From a virus, in the IMG/VR virus record IMGVR_UViG_3300044568_004364: a DNA stretch of 64,000 bases, one strand, 5' to 3'. The notes below the pieces were generated by a model. The model made no database searches. It saw only the letters and a list, made by a program, of their open reading frames with translations, and was not told the DNA's origin. Positions 27,270 to 36,184 of the stretch are shown piece after piece. A program made the position numbers and the translations under genes. The first letter of the stretch is position 1. Every line of letters begins with the position of its first letter.

Positions 27270-28330
27270 ATACCGTCTGTTAATTGCGATTCTAAATAGA
27301 GTTCTTGTAGTTTTGTTTTAATACGATTCTTATCCAAATCAGTTTCAATTGCGTTTACATAGCTGTTTAGCAATGAAGGAGTATCAGATACCTCAAGTGT
27401 TTCATTGTCTATTGCATCTGCATTATATTCAGTGAATGACTCCACAATCTTTAAGTCAAACGGCTCAGCTGCATTAATTGCATCAATATATTTGTCAAAG
27501 GCATAAGGATCTTTTTTACCAGTAACTACAATCTTAATGTATGATCCTGCACAATCAGCTGCAGAAGGCGGAGTAGGCACCTTCAAACTATCATCATAAT
27601 AGAAACGTTTGAATAACGTTATGGCATTACGTATTGCGGTTAACTCACGTGTTGATGTATCTAGCACGTGGAAATATTTTGGGTCATTACAGTCGGCCCA
27701 TGTAAGCTCATAAGGTACACCAAGGTAATGAATATTATCACGGCTGCTCTTAGTATGAAAGTGGCCAGTAAGTACCATTTCATATCGTGATAATAGCGAT
27801 GCGCTCATCCCATGACTAGTTGCCGGCGCGCCCTTCATCATTTCAAATCCTTCAAGCTCGAGGTGTGCACCAAGAATAGGGGCATTTGCTGTTGAAATAA
27901 ACTGCATGGATTCTTCATAATTTTCTGCATTAATCCATGGCAATAACGCAACATTTAATCCATCATAATCAATTACAGTTGGACTCATGATTATATTCAC
28001 ACGGCTACTATGATATTGTAAGAGCGTAGACAAACTGCATAACGAATTGGTATTTCTAAAGAACACGTCATGATTACCTGGAATAACATCCATGGTCATG
28101 TCGTGTTCTTCAAGGCGGTTTAGGAACATTTCACGATTGCGTTCCAGCACTTTGTAATTCACGAACTTACGATGATCAAAATAATCGCCTAGATGGAGTA
28201 TCTTTTTAATCCCATGCTCTGCGCAATATGGAAAGAATACTTCCGCGTAGAACTTCTCGGTATAGTCGAGAAAAATATCACTGCCGTTTTTAACACCAGC
28301 ATGCGTATCTGTTATGATTACAATTTTCAT
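27266..28330 (-). CDS. 47: Recombination endonuclease subunit (Mre11/SbcD-like)
   Basis: DTH, GDYFD, GNHD, GHFH. Confidence 0.95.
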   Translation of the reverse strand: MKIVIITDTHAGVKNGSDIFLDYTEKFYAEVFFPYCAEHGIKKILHLGDYFDHRKFVNYKVLERNREMFLNRLEEHDMTMDVIPGNHDVFFRNTNSLCSLSTLLQYHSSRVNIIMSPTVIDYDGLNVALLPWINAENYEESMQFISTANAPILGAHLELEGFEMMKGAPATSHGMSASLLSRYEMVLTGHFHTKSSRDNIHYLGVPYELTWADCNDPKYFHVLDTSTRELTAIRNAITLFKRFYYDDSLKVPTPPSAADCAGSYIKIVVTGKKDPYAFDKYIDAINAAEPFDLKIVESFTEYNADAIDNETLEVSDTPSLLNSYVNAIETDLDKNRIKTKLQELYLESQLTDGI

Positions 28331-28917
28331 AGCATAAAGTTATCAAGCGCACCCTCTTTAGTTTCAACGACGCTTGTTTTACGTGCAGGACGTTTTTTCT
28401 CAGGAGTGTCTTTGGCATCACGATAGCTTGTATTACGCTGACGTGCTTTTTCAATCATCGTTTCTGAGCCGTCATCGCCATCTCCAAAATCTGCAAAGTT
28501 TCCAATCCCACCTTTTTCAATAAGCAGTTGTTTAATGTCAGCCTGCTTCTTTTCTTTAGCAATACGTCGTAGGAATGCAAAGTAACTGATTTGAGTAAAG
28601 TATGAAAATGCATTTGCATTGCCAGTGCGTGTAGGTGCATCAAAATTGAAATTTTTAACAGCCTTAATACAATTCTCAACTGCATCCATAACCATATCTT
28701 CGCGATAACTATAATTCATGAAGTTTGGACTGCGTGACAGCCCGTTACAAATCTTCAAGAAAGATTCACCAATATACCGTGTTAGCTGCGGCGGTTCACG
28801 TCCTTCTGCAATTTCAGCCTTTACTGCTTTAACATGATCAGAGATGGCTTGTGAGAACTCCTTATTGTTAACGTAATCTTCGCCACGTGAGCGACGCTTT
28901 ATATTTTCGTTTTTCAT
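28327..28917 (-). CDS. 55: Late-transcription sigma factor
   Basis: YVNNKEF, PNFMNYSYREDM..DAVENC, NAFSYFTQI.YFAFLRRI.KEKKQ. Confidence 0.93.
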   Translation of the reverse strand: MKNENIKRRSRGEDYVNNKEFSQAISDHVKAVKAEIAEGREPPQLTRYIGESFLKICNGLSRSPNFMNYSYREDMVMDAVENCIKAVKNFNFDAPTRTGNANAFSYFTQISYFAFLRRIAKEKKQADIKQLLIEKGGIGNFADFGDGDDGSETMIEKARQRNTSYRDAKDTPEKKRPARKTSVVETKEGALDNFML

Positions 28918-29002
28918 ATTTTATATTATATACGGTTTTGATGAAATGTATATAGTTATTTTCACTGCACTGCATTTTTTTTCATTGCAGTGCATTTTTT
29001 TA

Positions 29003-29031
29003 TTTACATGTAAAGACAAGCATGGTATAAT
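29003..29031 (+). promoter_or_regulatory. Orphan plus-strand sigma70-type promoter TTTACA-17-TATAAT with upstream T tracts
   Basis: -35 at 29003-29008, -10 at 29026-29031, followed by AATC as in the early cassettes. Confidence 0.7.
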
Positions 29032-29056
29032 AATCTATCGTTCAATATTATATATC

Positions 29057-29470
29057 CTATAACTTCCAACGATTAATCAATTTACTGCATGATGATTGTG
29101 ATAACGGTTTATCAATTGCAAGAGAGGGATCTAAAGGATCAACGAGATCCAATAAGTTTAACAAACGATCAGTTATTAAAGCCTCAATATACTTTGATCG
29201 TACGTCATCAGTTGCAGCTGTAAGTGTTTCTACTGATCGTTTATAGATCGTACATTCCTCATTATCATTATTAACTACAAACGGCGTATATATTTGCCGA
29301 TACCCGTTAGGGGCAACAAATAGCTGTTGTATTTCAAACGGGCAACGTAAAGTAATTGATGTATCGTCTTCCTTATAGGATTCTCCTATAAGTTTTCGCC
29401 CGCTGTTTAAACCATATATGGCAATCTTAGAATTTTGTATAGTATCAAATATTTTTTCAATCATTTGCAA
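29057..29470 (-). CDS. Hypothetical protein, possibly Sm-like fold
   Basis: L.SG..LIGE...ITL..P beta-rich pattern; position between uvsW and gp55. Confidence 0.55.
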   Translation of the reverse strand: MQMIEKIFDTIQNSKIAIYGLNSGRKLIGESYKEDDTSITLRCPFEIQQLFVAPNGYRQIYTPFVVNNDNEECTIYKRSVETLTAATDDVRSKYIEALITDRLLNLLDLVDPLDPSLAIDKPLSQSSCSKLINRWKL

Positions 29471-29784
29471 GGTATCTCGTAGATTTTATAACTAAAACGT
29501 TCCTTTTCGTAAATCTTAATACGCTCTATAGCATGTACCATCGTATAATTCTTTTTCTTCTTCCATGCGAAATTATCTGAAATATCATATACGGTTGTCA
29601 CACTACCATTATCGGATTTACGCAAGCCACGTCCAATACTCTGCAGGACTCGTATCTGACTCTTAGTAGGTGCGGCAAAAATAATTTGATGCAAGTTCTT
29701 AATATTAATTCCTGTCGAAAAACAATTAGAACTCGCCACAATGATAACACCACTTTCCCCAACATTAACTTCATCTGGTTTCAT
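29461..29784 (-). CDS. uvsW: UvsW helicase, C-terminal fragment
   Basis: IIVAS..FSTGINIKNLH.IIFAAP.KS.IRVLQSIGRGLRK (SF2 motifs V-VI). Confidence 0.85.
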   Translation of the reverse strand: MKPDEVNVGESGVIIVASSNCFSTGINIKNLHQIIFAAPTKSQIRVLQSIGRGLRKSDNGSVTTVYDISDNFAWKKKKNYTMVHAIERIKIYEKERFSYKIYEIPCK

Positions 29785-29989
29785 TTTGCGTTTTTCTTTC
29801 CTTTGCTAATTTTCTATTTGCTAACATCATTGCTTTCCATTCAGGGTCTGCCCATTTTTCTTTAAGTGAAGTTGAATTTGACCCACGTTTGCGGTTTTTC
29901 ATTTTATCTCTAAAATTAGGATCTGCCCATTTTTCTTTAATAGCAATACCTGACTGCACTCGTTTATCTATATCGTTATTAACCTCTAA
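29771..29989 (-). pseudogene. Probable homing-endonuclease remnant (basic KEKWADP repeats) inside uvsW
   Basis: Two KEKWADP repeats; exact 19-bp DNA repeat at 29847-29865 and 29922-29940; no catalytic motif. Confidence 0.5.
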
Positions 29990-31345
29990 TTACACCCAGG
30001 CAGATATCCACTTATCACATACATCATCGTCAATAGTAATATCTTTAGCATATTTTGTAGTTCCATCAGATAGGTTTACACTACTATCATTATTAACTTT
30101 AATCTTCTTTTTGCCAAATCTTAAAACAGTTTGATTGGTATGTTTATCAGTAATTTCACGTATGCTTTCGCGATCCGTTGCATTTACTTCACCGCTAACA
30201 TAAAATACTTTGCGGCCTGCGTCTGCAAGTTCCGTTATGGCTGCATGTAATGGTTTACCATGTCGCTCAACAAGATTAAAGAGCACCAATGTATTTCCTG
30301 TTTGACTTACCGCAAGTTTGGAGATAAAACGATTACGCGGTTCATGCGAAACAATTGCATCAATCTCGCCTTTATAGTCAAGCTTTGAAACAATCTTTTT
30401 AAGTTCATCACTATGATTAAGTACAATACACTGTATCTTTAATTCCGCAAGTGTATCACTATCCATAAGTTCACGTGTAGTAATAACACGATGAACTGGA
30501 CCAAAGTTACCAACAAGAACACGCTCATTGCACAAGCTGCCGTCTAGTGTGCCTGTTGTACCTATACGATAGCCTGCATTAACACAAGCGGCCATAATAC
30601 TATTCAAGCTCTTTGCTTTAAATAAATGTGCTTCATCTCCAAGAACCATACCATAACGACGAAACCAAGAGCTATCGCATTTTATTGCGCTCTGCCATGT
30701 GGTAATTACAACACGCGCTTCAAAGGAATTCTTTTCTTTACCACTATAGATTTTATGTATCTCATGTTCAGTACTAAAGTCTTCATCTGCACTGGAATAG
30801 TCCGCAAAGTCTTTAGTCATCTGTTCAACAAGACTTGTGGTAGGTACAACAATAAGTACACTATCATCATGATTTTCAAGATACCAACGTACCATAAGGT
30901 AAATAATAAGACTCTTACCAGATCCTGTTGGCGAAATGATTAGGCTGCGTCCTTCAGCACAGGCATGCGAGTATGCATCCAACTGATAGCTGCGCGGCTC
31001 GATAACATTTGAGCCGTTCATAATTTTTAAGCTTTTTGCATAAGCTTGCAGCTCATCATGTGATGGTACAATACGAGATACTATATCGCCGTCTAACTTT
31101 ACTTCATAACCTCGCTTACCTGCAAAGGATATAACTTCAAATAATAATCCATAAGGCAACTTACCAGTGCGCCCATCCATCAAGCGGATTTTTCCATCCC
31201 ACATTTTATTGCGATAAGATGGAATAAATTTATATCCATCTGCATAAAATGTAAAATGTTCATAAAGCTCCATAAGAGCACCACCATCAGTTGAGGTAAC
31301 TCTTAGGTATGCTTCATTAAGTTTATGTATCTCTAGCGTTGGCAT
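29990..31345 (-). CDS. uvsW: UvsW helicase, N-terminal fragment with a 49-aa foreign tail
   Basis: PRSYQ, SPTGSGKS, VPTTSLV.QM, DEAH, GTTGT; homology ends at RESIREITDKH. Confidence 0.9.
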   Translation of the reverse strand: MPTLEIHKLNEAYLRVTSTDGGALMELYEHFTFYADGYKFIPSYRNKMWDGKIRLMDGRTGKLPYGLLFEVISFAGKRGYEVKLDGDIVSRIVPSHDELQAYAKSLKIMNGSNVIEPRSYQLDAYSHACAEGRSLIISPTGSGKSLIIYLMVRWYLENHDDSVLIVVPTTSLVEQMTKDFADYSSADEDFSTEHEIHKIYSGKEKNSFEARVVITTWQSAIKCDSSWFRRYGMVLGDEAHLFKAKSLNSIMAACVNAGYRIGTTGTLDGSLCNERVLVGNFGPVHRVITTRELMDSDTLAELKIQCIVLNHSDELKKIVSKLDYKGEIDAIVSHEPRNRFISKLAVSQTGNTLVLFNLVERHGKPLHAAITELADAGRKVFYVSGEVNATDRESIREITDKHTNQTVLRFGKKKIKVNNDSSVNLSDGTTKYAKDITIDDDVCDKWISAWV

Positions 31346-31348
31346 ACT

Positions 31349-31798
31349 CTATATTCCAGCTGTAAATCTACGGTGATCTAAGATGTTTTTAATTGTTGTG
31401 TGCCGCCACTTAATATTTTCCATAATATCTTTTAGTGTTTCAACAATTGTATTTTGATATTCCATTTGTCCTTGCAGCCGCATGATGTCAGGATCTGTAG
31501 TATAAAACATATCCATGTCACACTTTAATGGTTTAGCCATTCCTTTAAATGGATCATAAGCCCAGCCCTTTTCATCCATCTCTTCCTTTGTCATCTTGCC
31601 GTTATAATACATCCACTTATCCTTGCGAAGGTAAGCCATTGAGAGTTCCTTTTTCTTAAGGTTAAGTTTAGATAGGCTGTATAGCTCCAAGTATTTTGAA
31701 TGCAATGATGCGCTCTTAATACTAGTTTCATCAAGATTCACTTCATCAATCTTGCTGTCTGTTTCCCACATTTTAAGTATATCATCAAGTTGTAGCAT
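31349..31798 (-). CDS. uvsY: Recombination mediator UvsY
   Basis: W..DSKID, LHSKYL, YY.GK, I..R...IKN..D...F.AG. Confidence 0.9.
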   Translation of the reverse strand: MLQLDDILKMWETDSKIDEVNLDETSIKSASLHSKYLELYSLSKLNLKKKELSMAYLRKDKWMYYNGKMTKEEMDEKGWAYDPFKGMAKPLKCDMDMFYTTDPDIMRLQGQMEYQNTIVETLKDIMENIKWRHTTIKNILDHRRFTAGI

Positions 31799-31819
31799 AA
31801 TAAGGTATACTATTATATA

Positions 31820-32269
31820 TCAATCTACAAATTCAAAATAATCATAACGAAAAGTAACATCCATTGATGCATATTCTGTTTCTGTTGATTGTACATTAAA
31901 TTCCAAACCGCCCATGTTTGTTGGGAATGCATTTACAAAACGCACAACTCTTGACGTGTTATTATGATTGGTTATAAAGCTTAGCGTAATATCATGATAC
32001 TTAATAGGTGATTCAACATTGCTGCTTAACCAATTGAAAATTTCTCGATAGGAATTTAATTGTTCATCAACTGCAACTCGAACGGTCAACGGATCATATG
32101 TGATTTTGTCGCCTGCTACAAATCCTGCACAGTTGCGATAACTTGTTGTAGTTTCTGGTAACGAGATTGAAGGAAAACTTGCACTCGTTGCAAAGTATTC
32201 CACATGTTCAAAATCAGGAGAACTAATCTTGAGCTTAAATCCAGTTAATGCTAGAAAGTTAGTATTCAT
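31820..32269 (-). CDS. 3: Tail completion/terminator protein
   Basis: NFL..TGFK, P.ISL, YDPL.V...VDE.L..Y.EI..W, F.NAFP, VTFRY. Confidence 0.85.
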   Translation of the reverse strand: MNTNFLALTGFKLKISSPDFEHVEYFATSASFPSISLPETTTSYRNCAGFVAGDKITYDPLTVRVAVDEQLNSYREIFNWLSSNVESPIKYHDITLSFITNHNNTSRVVRFVNAFPTNMGGLEFNVQSTETEYASMDVTFRYDYFEFVD

Positions 32270-32287
32270 AAATGTATTTATTAAGAT

Positions 32288-32318
32288 AAAAAGAGGGCCA
32301 CTCTTTTGAATGGCCCTC
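32288..32318 (-). terminator. Intrinsic terminator after the major capsid gene
   Basis: GAGGGCCAT-loop-GTGGCCCTC followed by TTTTT on the minus strand. Confidence 0.85.
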
Positions 32319-32352
32319 CTGGGTAGTCCTAAGGTAATAAGACTTAAATTAA

Positions 32353-33642
32353 TTACGCTGCATTATTGTATGTAGAACCACCGATACCAGTCACATTAAA
32401 TGTACGGAAGTATGGGTTAGCACCGTTTGTGCCAAGTGGATCACCACTTACACCACCAGCAAATGGATTTGCTACAAGACCATAACGTGTCTTGAATCCA
32501 ATTTTTGGTTGGAATGTTTCAGGATCAACCGCACGAACCATAGTAAGTGGAACGTATGGGCAATAGAACATACCAGCGTCATACGCGTTTGTACCACGAT
32601 AACCAACGGTTACATAATCAGCTGTGCTGAATGGGTCGATGAATACTTTCAAGCGGCCATTGATCATACCAGCAAATACGTTACCAGTGTCATCAACGTT
32701 AAGGTTAGTTGCAAGTGCTGGAGCATAGTCAAGAACACCAGCTGCTGCAAGAGCAGATGCTACGTTGCTGCTGCAGATAACAACGTTACCTTTGCCACGA
32801 CGTGTTGCTTTAGCAACTGCATTTGCTTCAACTTCAATTTGGAATAGAAGAGATTTGAATTTCTCAACTGCCCAACGGCCGTCTGCATCTTGGTCCATAT
32901 CGAAAGAACCGTTAATACCGCCACTGACAGCTTTAACGTTAACAGTATCGATAACTTCACGGTTGATTTCAGCAAGGATTTCAACAGAAAGGATGTTAGC
33001 CAATTCTGCTTCAGCATCAAGTCCGTGAACAGACTTAAGGTCTTGAGCAAGTTCCATTGTGTATTCTGCTTTAAGAGCGCGTGTCTTAGCAGTAACGGTT
33101 GTCTTGTCAACAGTGAATCCCATGTTACCAAAACCACCACCAGCAGTTGTACGTCCAACTTGAACAGTACCAACAGTTGGATCTGGGTCAATGTAGCTGT
33201 TGTTTGTACCGTCGCCTGTAAGTGCTTCACCTTGTGCAGTTGTAACTGTACCAGAGAATGCAGTGATAGGCTTGTTGAAGAGTGCTTCAGCGGTATTTGC
33301 ACCAGCTGCGTTTTGATATTGGCTCTTCATAGCAAAGATCAAGCCTGTTGGCATGGTCATTGGCTGAACACCTGCAATATCGTAAGCAACGATATTTGGC
33401 ATTGCACGACGGACGAGGCTGATAAGAACTGGATCCCAGGTCTTGATAGCGCCGCCACCCGAGCCAATTACGTTGTCTTCTGTAATGAAGCCAGCGTGTG
33501 AACGCTCTTCAGCCAGTGCTCTTTCTTGGTTTTCAAGCAACACTGCAGTAATAGACTTACGGTAGTTGTCCTTGAACTTTGGGGCATCTTGAGCTTCCAA
33601 AATTGGAGCCCACTTCTTTTCTAGTTGTTCTGAATTAAACAT
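32353..33642 (-). CDS. 23: Major capsid protein
   Basis: KWAPILE, LLENQE, GVQPM..PTGLIFAM, RALKAEYT.ELAQDLK..HGLDAE.EL, FYCPYVPL, FQPKIGFKTRYG. Confidence 0.98.
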   Translation of the reverse strand: MFNSEQLEKKWAPILEAQDAPKFKDNYRKSITAVLLENQERALAEERSHAGFITEDNVIGSGGGAIKTWDPVLISLVRRAMPNIVAYDIAGVQPMTMPTGLIFAMKSQYQNAAGANTAEALFNKPITAFSGTVTTAQGEALTGDGTNNSYIDPDPTVGTVQVGRTTAGGGFGNMGFTVDKTTVTAKTRALKAEYTMELAQDLKSVHGLDAEAELANILSVEILAEINREVIDTVNVKAVSGGINGSFDMDQDADGRWAVEKFKSLLFQIEVEANAVAKATRRGKGNVVICSSNVASALAAAGVLDYAPALATNLNVDDTGNVFAGMINGRLKVFIDPFSTADYVTVGYRGTNAYDAGMFYCPYVPLTMVRAVDPETFQPKIGFKTRYGLVANPFAGGVSGDPLGTNGANPYFRTFNVTGIGGSTYNNAA

Positions 33643-33698
33643 AATAGTTATTTTTATCTAGTTGTTGTTTTTTGTTTGGGGTTGGAACCTTTATCTCG

Positions 33699-34880
33699 TT
33701 ATTGAATATTTGCTGTATTAGCTTTATTCAAGCGGGATATTGCGGTTAAATATTTTTGCATTGCAGGTGAAACATTTGGTTGTGTTTCAGTTTCATTCTC
33801 TACAATAGTTGAGGTTGTAATGTACGAATCAGCGTCTGCTGTGCTTTCGGTTAGCGAATCATCTGAGGTTTGCTTTTTGATGTAAAATTCTTTAATGGTT
33901 TGCACTTTTTTACGGAATGCAGTTTCATTAGTAAACTCAATATCTTCAAGCAATTCTTTAAGCTTTTCAGCTTGTGTATCAGCTAGGTCAGATGTGGATT
34001 CTGCAATAATCTTTTCACGAGAGATTTCTTCAACCTTTTCAACCAAACCACTAAGGAGATTAAGCGATTCTGCAAGTTTAGATTCTGCAGCTTCTTTTTC
34101 TTCTTCGAGTTTAGCATATAGGTCAACCTTGCTCTCAGGTACTTCGATATAATTTTCTTCAAAGACTGTCTTCAATGATTGCATAAAGTTTTCTGCAATT
34201 TGAGTGCGTAAGCTACTCTCAACAGCAACTTTATTATCTTCAACCCAGCTCTCAACTGCATATGTTAGATAATTGTCAATCTTGTCAACAAGTTCTTCTT
34301 TAATAGTTTCCACTTCTTCAATAAGTGTAACTGCATAGCTTTCTTTAAGTGCTTCTTCAACTTCTTTGATTTTGCTCTTTACGGCAGCTTCAAAAATGAT
34401 GCTAGCTTTTTCTTTAAACTCTTCAGTTAAACCTTCTTCGCTTTCAACGAGACGAGAGATATCAGATGTGTCAATTGTGATTTCAGATTGGGTGCCTTCT
34501 TTCATGTCTTTATTTGCTTCATCCTCCATTTCTTCATCTTCCATTTCTTCGCCAAGGCCACTTGTAAGAATTCCGATTGCAGCACCATAGTCGCCGTCGG
34601 CTTTCTTAAGAATGCCTTCTGCAGTTGCTGTTGCTTTATCTTCATCATACTCGTCGCCGTGTGCAGCTTTCAATACGCTCTTAGCATATTCCATAAACTC
34701 TTTATCAGAGCTTACTTCAGCTTCTTCCATTGATTCGTCTTCTTTGCTTCCTTCGCAATTACCTTCAGCAATCTCAGATGTTTCCTGATCCTGCTCTAAG
34801 TTTTCGTCGAGAGAAAGTAATGTTTCTTCGCTGATATCTTCAATGATATCATCGGTGTCTTGTATATTTGTATTTGCCAT
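33699..34880 (-). CDS. 22: Prohead core scaffolding protein
   Basis: LTEEFKEKA..IFEAAV, YL.Y.VE.W..DN; acidic coiled coil; synteny. Confidence 0.9.
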   Translation of the reverse strand: MANTNIQDTDDIIEDISEETLLSLDENLEQDQETSEIAEGNCEGSKEDESMEEAEVSSDKEFMEYAKSVLKAAHGDEYDEDKATATAEGILKKADGDYGAAIGILTSGLGEEMEDEEMEDEANKDMKEGTQSEITIDTSDISRLVESEEGLTEEFKEKASIIFEAAVKSKIKEVEEALKESYAVTLIEEVETIKEELVDKIDNYLTYAVESWVEDNKVAVESSLRTQIAENFMQSLKTVFEENYIEVPESKVDLYAKLEEEKEAAESKLAESLNLLSGLVEKVEEISREKIIAESTSDLADTQAEKLKELLEDIEFTNETAFRKKVQTIKEFYIKKQTSDDSLTESTADADSYITTSTIVENETETQPNVSPAMQKYLTAISRLNKANTANIQ

Positions 34881-34898
34881 ATATTACTTTTCTTTCTA

Positions 34899-35543
34899 TT
34901 AGAGTTTGGAGAGGAAATCATTCCAGATTTTTATTTGTGCTTCGGCAAGATTTGCAGAAGAAGTCTTTGTGATTTCTGTCTCATATTTTTCAAGCTGTTG
35001 CGCTTTCAATAAACCATTATCCCAGATCCATTCAACACCTTCCATGATACCATTTACAAAAGCAGATGGTGCACTTGGGTCTTGAACAATATCAACTGTT
35101 GACAACACGAAGTCGTCATTAACAAGGGTTTGGCCATTTTTATTTGCAACGGTTCCCATACCACGACTAGAGACGCCTAACTGACAACCACCTTCCAATA
35201 GTCCTTTCACAATTTTACCCATTGGTGTATCAAGTATAAGCGCCTTTCCAACAACATCATTACCGTTCCATTGGAGTTCAGTAATGCGATGCGAAACTTT
35301 ATCAAGGTTAATAGCAGGACCTTCAGGATGATTAAGCTCACCAACTGCACGTCCTTTATTAACATATTCGGTTACGTATGTACGTACCGCTTTTTCTAAA
35401 ACTGTTTTAGGATATATTCTACGATTACGGTTCATTTGTTCGGCTTGCATAAAGACACCATCAATGATGAATTTCTTTTCGCCATTTGCAGCAGCTTCTG
35501 CAATGTACCGTATATTCTCGGTATGTTCCGTAATTAATTTCAT
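34899..35543 (-). CDS. 21: Prohead protease
   Basis: NRNRRIYP, GELNHP, GVSSRGMG, DIV.DPSAP.AFV. Confidence 0.96.
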   Translation of the reverse strand: MKLITEHTENIRYIAEAAANGEKKFIIDGVFMQAEQMNRNRRIYPKTVLEKAVRTYVTEYVNKGRAVGELNHPEGPAINLDKVSHRITELQWNGNDVVGKALILDTPMGKIVKGLLEGGCQLGVSSRGMGTVANKNGQTLVNDDFVLSTVDIVQDPSAPSAFVNGIMEGVEWIWDNGLLKAQQLEKYETEITKTSSANLAEAQIKIWNDFLSKL

Positions 35544-35677
35544 AGTTACTATAATGTTTATTTATAAAAAATCATTTTTCAACAAGGCATTTATATTTTG
35601 CAATTATGGAACTGCAGGGTAATTGGTTGTCTTTACATATGCAGCTGTAATTTTTGCTGCAGTAAAACCGTATATCA

Positions 35678-35986
35678 TTATCCTTTACGATGTGTAAGCT
35701 GAAATTTAACACTAGTAGTACCAGTTGATCCAGTTATTTGCACTGCTAACTTTTTACTTAAAGGAGACACGACGAAATGTAATGATGATGAAGTCATCGT
35801 CAATACAGTTCCAGAAGAGTCTCTAAATGGAGCAAATACATCAGAGCCATCAACATAGCCTACTGTTGCAGTGCAGCTGCCAAATGTGCCTGATACATAC
35901 ATCACATAATCACTGCCAGTAAATGGGGCATCTAATGTGTACGTATTGTTTGAAGTTATAAGAGTATTTTCAACGTATGGTATCAT
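35678..35986 (-). CDS. Hypothetical beta-rich late protein
   Basis: 102 aa; late promoter TATAAATA at 35992-35999. Confidence 0.65.
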   Translation of the reverse strand: MIPYVENTLITSNNTYTLDAPFTGSDYVMYVSGTFGSCTATVGYVDGSDVFAPFRDSSGTVLTMTSSSLHFVVSPLSKKLAVQITGSTGTTSVKFQLTHRKG

Positions 35987-36010
35987 AGTGGTATTTATAA
36001 AAATATATCT

Positions 36011-36172
36011 TTATGATATATCAGTTTCGTTATAGATGCTTGATGTCAACTCAACTTTTTTAATGTCGAGTACTGTGCGCACCTTATCTTGTATAATCGC
36101 GTTAAATGCAACATTTGCCGCAAGGTCATCGCCGGTTACTATATTTTGTATTAATTCTTTTGTGTCTTCCAT
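36011..36172 (-). CDS. Prohead core protein, gp67-like (53 aa, not in ORF track)
   Basis: MEDTKELIQNIVTGDDLAANVAFNAIIQDKVRTVLDIKKVEL...; directly after portal. Confidence 0.7.
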   Translation of the reverse strand: MEDTKELIQNIVTGDDLAANVAFNAIIQDKVRTVLDIKKVELTSSIYNETDIS

Positions 36173-36184
36173 ATATTTAATAAT

